Below, piece after piece: positions 11,450 to 23,924 of a stretch of DNA of 64,000 nucleotides (position 1 is the stretch's first letter; each line of letters begins with the position of its first letter). Position numbers and translations under genes: made by a program. Origin of the DNA: Octopus bimaculoides (taxonomy: Eukaryota); the NCBI RefSeq assembly GCF_001194135.2, contig NC_068985.1:107540459-107604458 (forward strand), given 5' to 3'. The notes beneath the pieces are model-generated. The model saw nothing but the letters and a program-made list of their open reading frames with translations. It was not told the origin of the DNA and did not search any database.

Positions 11450-12049
11450 AAGGCGTGCAGGAAACAGCAACCGAATCTTTCCAACCCACGAAACAAAATT
11501 CTGTTGCTGGGAAATTCAGAGTTTCCCAGTGACTCAACAGGTCACATGTAGTATAATAATACATTGGAAGTCAGATTGAATCTTGCTTGCTTGTAATGTT
11601 ACTCAGGCAAACTGTTGCATAATGGGAAAATACTATGAATTAAGTATATATATTAGCTGACGTACCCAGTAATTCCCGGTAAAGCAGGGCTTATCCCTTG
11701 GTTCCGTTCTCACAATTGTTTCGCTAATCCAATAACAACAATACAAAGTATGTATCCCTTAAGACGGTTTTTGTGCCCTTAAAGAGAATACCGAACTCTC
11801 TTACACAGGATCTTATTTTTAGGAATTCCCAATAAGTTATGAATACCCAAATTGTGAAGTCGGTTATGTGATTACATGAAATTAGTTACCCGGTAGCAAG
11901 AATTCAAATAAAGTAGCCCCGAAAAGGGCTTTAATGTGTTCCCAGAGTATATAGAACATAGGAGGAAATACTAATGAGGTATGTATACTAAAATTGTGAA
12001 GCATGTTACGTAATAACAGGTTAATCAGATATGAGATAATAATTCAAAG

Positions 12050-12345
12050 TAAATAACTCTGAAAAGTGAGTTTGATTTCTGGACAGGGTTGTGTTCTTGA
12101 GCAAGACACTTTATTTCAAGTTGCTCAAGTTCACTCAGCTGTAGAAATGATTTGTGATGTCACTGGTGCCAAGCTGTATTGGCCTATACTTTTCGTTTGG
12201 ATAACATCGGTAGCATGGAGAGGGGAGGCTGGTATGCATGGGCAACTGCTGGTCTTCCATAAACAACCTAGCCTGGACTTGTGCCTCAGAGGGGAACTTT
12301 CTAGGTGCAATACCATGGTTATTCATGACCAAAGGAGGGGAGGAA
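12050..12345 (+). mobile_element. old Meta/V-domain-like SINE
   Basis: GTGTTCTTGAGCAAGACACTTTATTTCA.GTTGCTC.AGTTCACTCAGCTGTAGAAATG. Related relics lie at about 41005-41115(+) and 50500-50690(-). Confidence 0.5.
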
Positions 12346-12588
12346 GTTTCTATCTATCTATACATCGAATTTACCTTCTTGTCTTAACCACGTGCATTTT
12401 TTATCAAAATAATCTCACAGCAAATGCAACTTGATCAGGAGCAAAAATATATATCTTTATTGTGCTGAAGGAGTAGTAAGGTGGTTTTTAGAGCCACTTG
12501 GCATCTATATCTAGCATATTGCAGTGGGTAATCTGCTTACTTTATGAAATCATTAAAATGATTTTATCCTTAATTACATATCTATCTC

Positions 12589-12619
<31 letters not shown>

Positions 12620-13550
12620 GAAAGAAAATGGAGATATGGCATTTAATAAAAAATTATTATCTGTAAAAATCAAACATAGTCCCTTACAGCTGTTTCATTT
12701 AAACCTAAAAGATTAAATAGCAATTATTAAAATCATTATATTAGGCAAAATCTCAGAGGAGTAGAAAAAATATACACCGTTGGGTTTTTTATGTGTTGTA
12801 TTTTAGAATCATCACAGTAGTCTGAACACATAAGAAACCTAATGGTATATATTCTTTGTACTCCTCTTATGAGATTTTGCCTAATATAATGATTTGGATC
12901 TTTTTTAAAACGGGGGCCACATTTTTCATTAACGAAACACTTTGAAACTTGGAACACTGGTAGAATGTGTCATATAAAACATCTTTTTTCTCTTAGTCTT
13001 CTTAAAAAAAAAAGAAATCCATAAGTTATTCCATGTGAAAGTTGTCGTATTTCTGTAATTTCAACCAATCACTGACGTCCATTCAGCCGACTACATAAAC
13101 AAACGATTCTGAAACAATTAACCCTAACCGTAGGGTTAGGGTTAAAGCAAATTTAAAATTAAAAAAGCAAATAAAACGAAGGTATGGAGATTAAATACGC
13201 TTTACATCGCTTAATCAGCCAAAGGAGTAAATATAAACAACTGAATACTTGTCAGTGATTGGTTGAAATTATCGAAATAAGACAATTATTTACATGAAAT
13301 AAATTCGAATACAAAAATATTTTTCTGTTCTATAACACAAAATAGATAAGTATACGAAGTTTGAAAGTCTTTCCGTACCAAAAACACTACGTAAAACATT
13401 AATGAAAAATGTGGCCCCCGTTTTAAAATAGATCCAATGATTTTAATAATTGCTATTTAATCTTTTAGGCTTAATTGAAACAGCTGTAAAGGACTATGTT
13501 TGACTTTTGCAGATAATAAATTTTTATTAAATGTTATGTCTCCATTTTCT
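12620..13550. repeat. foldback palindrome (host of MITE copy 2)
   Basis: 12621-12797 is the reverse complement of 12824-12895 joined to 13436-13550; loop about 26 nt. Confidence 0.85.
12896..13435. mobile_element. Merlin-like MITE copy 2
   Basis: About 37-bp TIR GGATCT(T/A)TTTTAAAACGGGGGCCACATTTTTCATTAA and an 8-bp TSD AATGATTT (12888-12895, 13436-13443). The superfamily is inferred only from GG-ended TIRs plus the 8-bp TSD. Confidence 0.8.
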
Positions 13551-16500
13551 TACTTTCTTTTGAATGATTATAAACCATGGATTATAAATAAACCTATTGT
13601 TTTATGAATATTATTATTCACAATAAATATTAGGTATTAAACCAGTAATTCATTGGATGATACCATCCCTTAATGAGCCTAATTTAACCTCTAATTAAAT
13701 ATATATATGTGTGTTATAGTGATAGTGTATATCATTAGATACACCATATAAAATATATATACACTATATAAGTATATTGGTATGCTATATGCATGTAATA
13801 TTTGTAGTATAATGTTGGTGGTGCAGTGTTAGCAGAATTTAGTGTTATGGTGGTATATGGCAGTGTCTTCACATTTTTATGAAGATAACAGGGAGGGGGA
13901 AGTAAAAGAGAAGAAAATAACAGAAAAATGACAAACAGAGAAAGTGTTTAATATTGGAAATATGACTTTATTATTTTTTTTTCTGTGATTGTTGTCAGAA
14001 TTATGGAAACTGATGATGATACTGACAGTTGTGGCCACTGTTAACAGCAGCAAGTACTTCCAGAGTAAGCATGCTGCATACAGTGACCCTTTTAGTTAAC
14101 AGAACTACTACCCCAGGTAGGTGTCTATTTTATTGTACAACACACACACATACACACATATGGAGAGAAAGAGAGAGACACACAAAGACAGGTGTATATA
14201 CATGCCCACATAGAGAGCTTGAGTGGTATGCACAGAGACAGGTGGACAAATGCTTGTAGAAAGAGACAAAGACAGAAAGATAGAAAAATAGATAAACACA
14301 TGCATACACACACATACATATATACAGAGAGACTAGCAGAAAGATGAACAAGAACACAGAAAAAAGATGTTAAATTACTGCTGAACTGCTATTGACCAAA
14401 GTATGACTAAGAGTTTTATTTTTATATTATATAGCAGTTAGTTGACATATATAGTGTTAGGACAAGAAACAAAGGAGGACATTCATTACTGCATATAGAA
14501 ATCTGAAGACAAAAATATATAAATGCGACATATGATTACTAAAAATGCTTTTTTACTCTCTTTTTGGATGGATTTCNNNNNNNNNNNNNNNNNNNNNNNN
14601 NNNNNNNNNNNNNNNNNNNNNNNNNNNNNNNNNNNNNNNNNNNNNNNNNNNNNNNNNNNNNNNNNNNNNNCAGTGTCCTACTATATGGCTCTTGGCACTG
14701 GCTACTTAAAGAAAAAAAGTGAATACCGAGTTCCACAAGGCACAGGTCATAGAAGCCATAACTTTAAATTAATTTAGATGCATGTGTCATTGTTGAAAAA
14801 AAAAAAATACCTCAATCTAATTCCAAAATTCAACGAAGATCAGCTCTCTCACTGAAAGGTAATATTTGTGCCTGGAGAATTATATAAAATAACATCCACA
14901 CTCACAAATATATATGTATGAATTTTTCTGCAGTGAATGCTGGAGGCGATTTTGATAGTATTACAGAATCTGGTTAATTGCCTAGCATAATAATATCAGC
15001 CAATATTCTGATACATGTATGTTTTATAAAACTTAAAATACTAGTAGCATTAGCTCTAACTGGACACAAGCTGGGGCTTGATTAACCCCAGCTGGGTTGC
15101 CTGGGGAAGGGCACCTGATGTTGAAATAAACTTGAAACACCGAATGACCCCCAAGAAACATTACTAATAATGTGTCCAGGTGCATCACAGGAAAAATTAC
15201 ACACACACACACAACTTACACATACACACAATTAAACCAGAAAACTGCTTTTGACTGACTTATTGGGTATGAATTATAAATTCACTGAAGGATATTATCC
15301 TACCCAGTTGTGGTAGCAGGCATTAAGTACTACATTAAAGAGATGACACAGAACCACATCTGAGACAAACTATTGAATGATATAACCATATCTCCATTTA
15401 TCAATTTAAGTTCATGACTCACTAGAAAGTGAATGAAAATGACATACACTATATTGTGAGCAGCGTCTATGAATCTTTAAAGCTAATTCCTTAATTCAAG
15501 CCAACACATACACACACACACACACACACAATTTTTGTAAGGAAAAGGTTGACTGTGACAGTTGTCAAAGAGTTTGATGGCTGTTTGTAAACCAAAATTT
15601 CAAAGTCAGTCAACTTCTTCCTTGTAAAACTTAGTAAAAAGTATGGAGTGATCCTTTAATGTTAAATTGTTTTTATATATAATTAAACAAACAAATATAT
15701 ATAATTATCTTTACTCTCTTAACTATACTACTTATTGGACTTCGTACCACTCATATTATATACACACACATCTACACCTTGCATAGTTTTGATATTGGAA
15801 GTCTCCCTTATTATAAGCTTATAGAATTGTCTAGCTCTAGGTCTAACTCTGGAATGGAGGGATCATTGAATAGAAAGGAGTCAGTGAGAGAACTGTTCCT
15901 CAAAGAAGTATTCATTGGAAATTCATTTAATGTAACTTAACAACAGTGAAATCTGTCCTGCACATAAGAGACACCACTGCTGCTCAAAAAGCAACTCAGT
16001 TAAACACACTGTCAAAAAAAAAAATAGTTTAAACATGAAGCAGATAGTTATTTGCCAGTAGTTAAGAATAGGTTACATATCAGGAGACAAAAGTATTTGG
16101 ATAATAATAATCTGGAGTCAGTGTTGATCACGTGATTAGAGATAGTGTGAATCTGAAGAAAGAAAAGCAAGCCACAAATGTGAAGTTAATGAATATGAGA
16201 GCAGCGTGCATGAGTGAATTCAACAGAAGAAGTATGAAGCATTAGCCTAGTTATATTTCCTCTCCTTATGGTGGGGCTAGAACAGCATTAATTCCTGCCA
16301 AAACTGGTGTATGTGTTGGTGTGTGTGTGTGTCCATTCTTGGAATGTGTTCTGATCTGATGTAAATTATTCTATTTTGAGATCCCTGCCACATCATTAAG
16401 CTGACAATAGGAGATAGTCAACGCAGGTAGAATCAACAACATGGACTGTGTGAATTTTCACCATGTGAATTGTTGGGTAGAAGTAGTCCAAGACTTCTCC

Positions 16501-17313
16501 ATCATGAAAACTATTGGAAAAATGAGAGAAGATTTAAGGAAAGCATTTATCTTCCTCGGCCAAATTTGCAATGACCAAATATGGTCAGGCTTATATCGTG
16601 GTCTAATTCAGAAAAAGTTCATGTTGTAGGAAGGTAATATACAGTAGTCATGAAGGGAGACATTTCAAATGATAAAAATATTAGGGAGCCATGAAAATTA
16701 GAAAGGGAAGAGTTCCATGAATTATAATTATAGTGGTGGGTGTAAATTTTGTAGTTGTTTAACCCAAAGTCAACTCTGGTTAAGCAGACCTTTGATCAAA
16801 GGAACTCCAGCTGTGATCATCCCATCTTTGAAGAGGTATCTAGTATCACATTATCTAACATGTCATTTGCATTTTTAAGACAGTAGGGTGTGATTTGAGG
16901 GAGATTTAGCTGCTATTTCCAGCAACATAAAGAGGCTCAAGTTAGTGGAGGTGGGACTTTTATGTCATGAGTTTGTGGCGAGATCCTAGCAGAATGATAG
17001 CAGAGAGGTAATGGGAAAAGTAAGGGTTAGTGTAAACTGAATACAGAGGAAAAGCTAGCTTCAGTTGAAGTGAGATATATGTAGCATGTAACTTTAGTTG
17101 GCTTCATGAATGATAGTGAGGAGGTGACACAGAATCAGAGAGACAGAGAGAGAAGCTATATTTTTGTCATGGGTATAAATCATTGTAATTTCCAGTAGGT
17201 AGCTGGCAAAAGGACTGCTTCACTTCTAAGTTGTGAGTAGTTCAGTTACTTTCAGTTAAATAATGTTTGAAATATATGTGCTTTCAATATATATATATAT
17301 AGAACTAGCTGAT

Positions 17314-17440
17314 TGATATTGCAGTGAACAGACAAGAATAAACTGATATTGCAATGAAAAGACAGGGAAAAGACTGATATTGCAGTGAACAAACAATAAT
17401 AACTGATCAACATTGCAGTCAACAGATACAGAACAATTGA
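17314..17440 (+). repeat. about 30-bp minisatellite, 4 degenerate units
   Basis: TGATATTGCAGTGAACAGACAAGAATAAAC-like unit repeated. Confidence 0.7.
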
Positions 17441-19801
17441 CAGTTACAACTTTTGGACTGTTTTAGCACTACATGTTTGGAAGATGAGAATTTGTTTTAT
17501 TTTAATATGAGATTGTCATAATGTTGGAAAATATGAAAATTTGAAGAAAAACAGCTGCAAGGTATTGTCTTTTTTCTTTCTTTTTTTTTTTTTTTGCATG
17601 TATAAGACATTCAGATGTTATTGGTGAAAGTCAGTTGAGTTTTATAACAAATTGTTATAATTAAGACCCTATCATATTGCTATTATGCTCTAACTGAACC
17701 AAAGAACAAAAGTAATACTCGGCTAAATCCATAATGTCACTTTTGAAATTTTATTTCTCTAAATGCTTTCATAATAAAATATATGCAGGGAGAATGTACA
17801 AAGGGGAGAGAAAAAGTAACCATTTGCTATTGACCATTTGTTATTTACATGGCATCTAAAGATGTTTTGTTCCATCTCAAATTGCTATCTTGCATCTCCC
17901 AGCTACTGTCTCTTTTGCTCTTTGCAATGAGACAAAGTAATTTAGTAATAAAGAGAAACTTGCTAAATATTCAGATTCCAAAAATAATGATTTAACAACT
18001 TCTGGTTTTCACTTAAAAAAAATTCTAGTAGAAAACAACTACCAGTTTGTAAGAGTATGAAATATGACTTCTTACTGTGAGGTGCACAAAGTGCCACATT
18101 TTAAAAGAGGAGGTAAGTGGGGTTGAGATGTGGTGTCTCTCATCAGGGGATTAATGGAGAAAGTGAGTTAACATGGCACCAAAAGGAAATCAAAACTGGG
18201 CCTCGCACTTCACTTAGCATGAGATTTTTTTTCTACTATTGTATGAAAAATATATAGAAAAGGTGAAAGATGTGTTTGTTTGTTTATATATATGAATATA
18301 TATATTATATATATCATACAGACAACACATTATATATTATATGTAGTTGAATGATAAAAGCAGGGTGAGGTGTCAGGAATGATTGTACTAAACAAACAGA
18401 CCAATCATTGGTTTGCATCACACTGCAGCTGGAAAAGGCAATAGGAGATTGTTGATATAACACACACAAGAGAAGCTTCTAGTTTATCTGCATTGATTGA
18501 CGAAGTCTGACTACATAGTTGTGAATTAGATGCAGACACCAATTTCCATATAATGGAATAGAGCAGAAGGCAAGTTCTAGTTTTATCTAATATATATATA
18601 GATATGTATATTCTTGTGTTTGCTACCAGTTTTTATGCATACAAATTTTGTTAAAAATTACTGGCCTGGTAAAGAATTTCACTGGTTAAAAGTATATCTA
18701 TATATATGTATATTTACATACTAAGTTTGCAGAAAAAAATATATAGCTTTTAAGTTTTATTCATTGTCTCAAACTTTAAAAAAATTTTTCTTTCTTTTTC
18801 AGTTAATCATGTATTTTTCATACGTGTACAAATTTTCCTTTTGAGGCACCAAAGGCATGCAAGCTTCACAGGGACATGAGAAAGAATGGAGACAGTGACA
18901 TGGTGAATGAAGTGAAACAGTTAGTTGACTACAGGCAGATATCTGTAAGTACTATAAGTGAAGCCAGACACACATCATGCAGATTAACAATTTACAGGAA
19001 ATGAATCTCAATAGAACAGATATGAATCTAGAAAAATAGTCAATGAATTGACAGACACAGAAACCCTAAATTATATGGAGAGAATCAAAATAAATAATAC
19101 AAATAGACAGTTTGGCATGTTGTTGAAAAATTCCCAAACTGGATATTGGGGTGGCGGCATAGGTAACTATTAGTAATTTAGTCCACTAACAAGTAGGTAG
19201 TCTAATAATAGATATACTGTCATATTGCTACTATCTATTCTAAACTAAATAAAGGAAGAAAACGGAGATATAACATCAACAACAGATGAGGTGGGATGGG
19301 ATTTTAAAGTAAAACATAAAAAAAGGGGGGAAAAATTACAAGAAAATTAAGTCACATGAAATTGTTGGAACATTTTCAGATTTTTCAGTGGGAAGGGGGA
19401 TGGGAGTGCAACTGAGGTAACCAGCTGATCCCATAAAGGTCCTTGTTTAGTCCAGGGAAAATGATGGCAGTGATGCTTGGAAGTTGCTGCAAAATACAGG
19501 CCTGGATTGTTTGCAGATTTGAAGCAACTGGTGCACAAAATGAACAACAAAAGCACCAACATCAGTATCTGTGATGTAGACTGCCGAGTATGAAGAGAAT
19601 CCAGTTCAGGACCAACTGGTAACATGACTGGTAGGGTTCCTTGTTTGGGATCAACTGGCACTGAGAACTCTTCAACTTGTCCAAAGAAATTGGCAGCAGT
19701 TAGGAGTAGAAAGAAGCTTGTGTTCATGGTCATCCAATAATAATGTTAATAATGATAATAATAATCATATCAGTAATGAAAATAATATCAATAACAATTG
19801 A

Positions 19802-19921
19802 TCATTCCAGTTTTGTATTTGCAGCAACTTTAGCGTGAATTTTGGCATGAACTTTCAAATATTCTGGACGATTTTCCAGTTTTTCGTTGACATGTTTTAA
19901 TTTTTCATCTTTTTCTTCTTC
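19802..19921 (-). CDS. FAM107B: FAM107-family protein, last coding exon
   Basis: Polypyrimidine tract plus AG at 19923-19922, phase 0. Reads EEEKDEKLKHVNEKLENRPEYLKVHAKIHAKVAANTKLE-TGA (cf. FAM107 EN.PEF.KV). The three exons total 426 nt = 141 aa plus stop. Confidence 0.9.
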   Translation of the reverse strand, partial: EEEKDEKLKHVNEKLENRPEYLKVHAKIHAKVAANTKLE

Positions 19922-21271
19922 CTAAAAAGATAAAAAAAAAAGAAGAATATTTATTAAGAATGATGAGATGGTAGAGTTATTGTATTGACCAGATGGTATT
20001 GAGGCAAATCTTTTTTACAGCTTGATGCTTTTCATATTGCCAACAAATAAGTTAAAACTTCCTCTTGGTCAAACACGTTTTCATGAAAAACTGGAAATGA
20101 GTAATGCCCCTTATATGATGATGACTGCTTGTTCACAATTATAATGCAATGTCAAAACTAGGACGAGTATACACACACATACATGACAGGCTCCTTTCAG
20201 TTTCCATTTCCCAAATCCACTCACAAAGTTTTCGCTGGTCAAAGCCTATAATAGAAGACACCAGCCCATGGTGCCAGCAAGTGTCTTCTGGGGCCGTGTG
20301 ATAGAAACTGACAAAAGCTCATCACGTGTGTGTGTGTGTGCATGCATGTTTGTGTTTATTTGCCATCAAATTGTAGCCATTTGAGCAGGGGTGGTGATAA
20401 TGTTTAGCTCATGGTTTTGCCATGTGTGTAGATCAGAGGAATAACAATACTTTACTTGAAAAACAGCTATGGGTTGGCAACAAGCAGAGCATCTACTAGC
20501 ATAGAAAAGGTGCATGTAAAAACAATAATGATGATCTGTCAAATACTGAATCATTAAAAAAAAAAATAATTACTAGTACCCCATTCCTAATTTTTGTGAC
20601 CCTACGTTATATAAGAACCCATTATTATTGTTGTGAATGAAGGAAACACGAGTAAACAACTTCACTTTCAGAGGAAGAGGTGTATGACACAGTTGTCTCC
20701 CTTAGACACCAATCTAGCCAACATTACTAAATATTCCAAGCCAGAGATATATTATTTAAGAGAAAAACAGGGAAGGTGTTTTGACAGTCATGCTTTTCCA
20801 AACATCATTACGTTACCAAAAATGAAATTTAATCTGAATACAATTTTACTTCACTGCAGCGGAGTAACTGACAAGCCTAACTGCTGCCCCAAATACTTTA
20901 AACTTCCAATACTTTTGAACTATGATGCACGTCAGAGCCTAACTTCCTGATCAATAACAGATACCAGTTCTAAGTTACATTTTAATATCTGTTAGTCTTC
21001 CCCAAGCCTTGCTTTAACTATAGGTGAACAAGAGTTTTGTTTATGTTTGAGGATAATGTTGCTAGTGAGAGGTTGCAACCGTTTCCCCATTATGATTGAA
21101 CTGACGTAAATGAAAACAGAAAGCATCTTTTTTCAAATGTTTTTAACAGCTGAAGGATGCAGATGAAACTCAGTGTTGACCAAGTGGACTGAGTCTTGAA
21201 GAATGAAAAACCAATTTGGTCTTGTACAATGTTGTATACTCTACTGGGATCACATATCCAGAACAAGTGCT

Positions 21272-21630
21272 TTGGATCAGGCACCACCGTTCAAGCGTGA
21301 TCATTACCAGCGTCGCCTTCCTGGCACATGAAAAGTCATTCGAGCGAGATCATTGCCAGTGCCACTGGACTAGCTCCTGTGCAGGTGGCACATAAAATAC
21401 ACCATTTTGAGCGTGGCCATTGCCAGTACCGCCTGACTGGCCTTTGTGCGGGTGACATGTAAAAGCACCCACTACACTCTCGGAGTGGTTGGCATTAGGA
21501 AGGGCATCCAGCTGTAGAAACTCTGCCAAATCAGATTGGAGCCTGGTATAGCCATCTGGTTCACCAGTCCTCAGTCAAATCGTCCAACCCATGCTAGCAT
21601 GGAAAGCGGACGTTAAACGATGATGATGAT
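21272..21630 (+). mobile_element. 3'-end copy of the PHD-RTE family
   Basis: CTACACTCTCGGAGTGGTTGGCATTAGGAAGGGCATCCAGCTGTAGAAAC...GGACGTTAAACGATGATGATGAT. Confidence 0.9.
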
Positions 21631-23480
21631 ACACACATTTTTAGATCACATACAAATTATACCATCAAAACAGATTGGCAAAGATACCAAGGCACAATAA
21701 TCACTAGCTTATAGATATGCTGTTTCTTGCATCTCTTCTTCCTTCACTATAACAGCTTCTGCTATTCTGAACTAACAAGCTGAGTACAACATCTAGAATA
21801 AAATATGCGAAATGTACAAAACTGTCTTTTTATGCCCAAAGATCAGATACTTTTAAAATTAACCTTATATGCTTTGGACAAAAGACAGAATAGTCACAGC
21901 TAGAGGGTCTTTGATCATATGATCGCCGATTAAGCAAACCTAGGCTATAACTGTATCATACCCTCCAATTCTACACTACACAATCTTTCCTGATGACTTA
22001 CCTACTGACTTTAACCTATGGAAGTTCAATCATTTCTTTTTTTCTGATTATATAATTATATAACATAAATAATGTAGTAGTTGGCAGTCAAGGCATAGCA
22101 TATGCGTTTGTCAAGTCTAGAATATAGATAAATTTGTTCTTAGTACAACAGTGAACCTTGGAGTAAGAAAACATTAAATAAGGGCTTGGTAGAATTCAAC
22201 ATCCATTTTCCATGTAAGCATCAGTGAAACTGGATCTCTGCATAACAGAAAATTTTTCCTCAGGGCAAAACCCTGTTCTCTTGCTATATGATATGGCTAG
22301 ATATTCAACTGAGGGGTGACTATTTTTGAACAAGGGTAAAACATAAGATTGATACTGCTTCTTTTCTTCTAAATTTTCCAGAACTAAATGGTCTTATCCA
22401 CTCAAGACACAACAGTAGTTGGAACTTATGACCATTCATTCAATGAGGAGTATTATATGAACACCTTACCCTCACATCCACAATATATGAAAGCTGAAGT
22501 CAGGCTCCCAAATAATACCAATAGCACCACTCACTGTAGCAGATATATTGATTATTAATATTCAGGGTTAGCAAGAGTCTGTTGGAGAATTGCCAGCTGA
22601 AGTAAACATCAATCATCTACAGATAAAACTTTCATGAATCCTGACATTTTCAAATACAGCAACAAAGAAATGGTGCAAATTAAGGAAGCTTGAATACTAC
22701 TGTGGCATTAATACAGTTAGCTGTAGCTGATATTTTATATCAACGTGGAATCCTGAAGATGATGTGAACAAAATTTCGTGATGTATTTTAGCTCTAAGTT
22801 TAAATCTTGCAGGGGTCAGTTAACATTGATCTTATAAAATTCAAATGAAGACTGTACTGAGATCAACTCCGTAAAAGAGTGCTGAATAAGTAGCTTAACT
22901 AAATTATTACAATATCTAGGTCTGCTTTTCTGAGTTCAATTCAAATCTAGTGAGGGGGATCACTAATTCTGGGACTGATAAACAAGTTTTTGCTATGCTG
23001 TTGACCCTAGTGAAAAGTAATATTTTACATTACGATCAAATCAACTGCCAATGTATGTGTTGCACAATAACAAAATGCATACAAAAAGTTACTCTACAGG
23101 TATTTAGCTCTTATAGTGCAGAAGCTGAGGATATGCAGTTCCAGGCATGTGCACAAGAATTGAGTTAACCTGTTTTTGATAATGGAGTACTTTCTGGAAT
23201 TCTCCACATTTCATTGTAGTATGCACATTTTATTGGTCTGTAAAATTCAGTATCTGCATGTCAGAACACAAAACAAATTTCATCAGTACAGTGAGAGTTA
23301 GCCCTTTTGTTATCATATTTCTGTTGAAGTACACTGCCTTTATTTCAATTAATTTTGAAAAATAGTGAAGATTTTATTGAAGTAAATTTGTTATTAAGAT
23401 CACTTTAAAGCAGGACATTTGTACCATTCAGCTAGAGGTTGCCTCACATAGGATGGTATCAAAGGGTAACTTTCTTTTAA

Positions 23481-23924
23481 GCCGTTAACATTCAAATTAC
23501 TCTGTCAAATCATCATCATTTAGTTTCTGTTTTCCAGGCTGGCATGGATTGGACAGTTTTGCTGGAACTGGCAAGCCAGAATACTGCACCAAGCCCCACT
23601 GTCTGTTTTGGCATGGTCTTTATGGCTGGATATCCTTCCTAATGCCAACCACTTTACAAAGTGGACTGGGTGCTTTTAATGTGGCACCAGTACTGGCGAG
23701 GTCTGTTTTGGCATAGTTTTCACAGATTGGATGCCCTTCTTAAATGCTTATTTATTCACATTGTTTTGAAGTAATCACAGAGTCTTGTAGCTTTGAGACT
23801 TCAATGGTGTTTACTTTTAGAATGATATTGTAAATATAGTTATGAGAAACTGGATCCGGCTAGTTTGAATATAAAACAGGTAGAATATTTGAGCTGGATA
23901 TGGTAAGTTTTAGATGCTAAAGGG
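23481..23924. mobile_element. piggyBac-like MITE (family 2) containing a minus-strand RTE tail at about 23511-23740
   Basis: TTAA|GCCGTTAACATTCAAA...ATGCTAAAGGG|CTAA; same family as 39346-39560 and 62800-63245. Confidence 0.65.

Noticed and set aside
11650-11700. Helitron-like 5' end (TTAGCTGACGTACCC)
   Set aside because: I found no matching 3' hairpin or CTRR end, so the support is insufficient.
15085-15145. CTGATG...GAAAC hammerhead-like motif
   Set aside because: It lacks A9 and a closing stem II or stem I.
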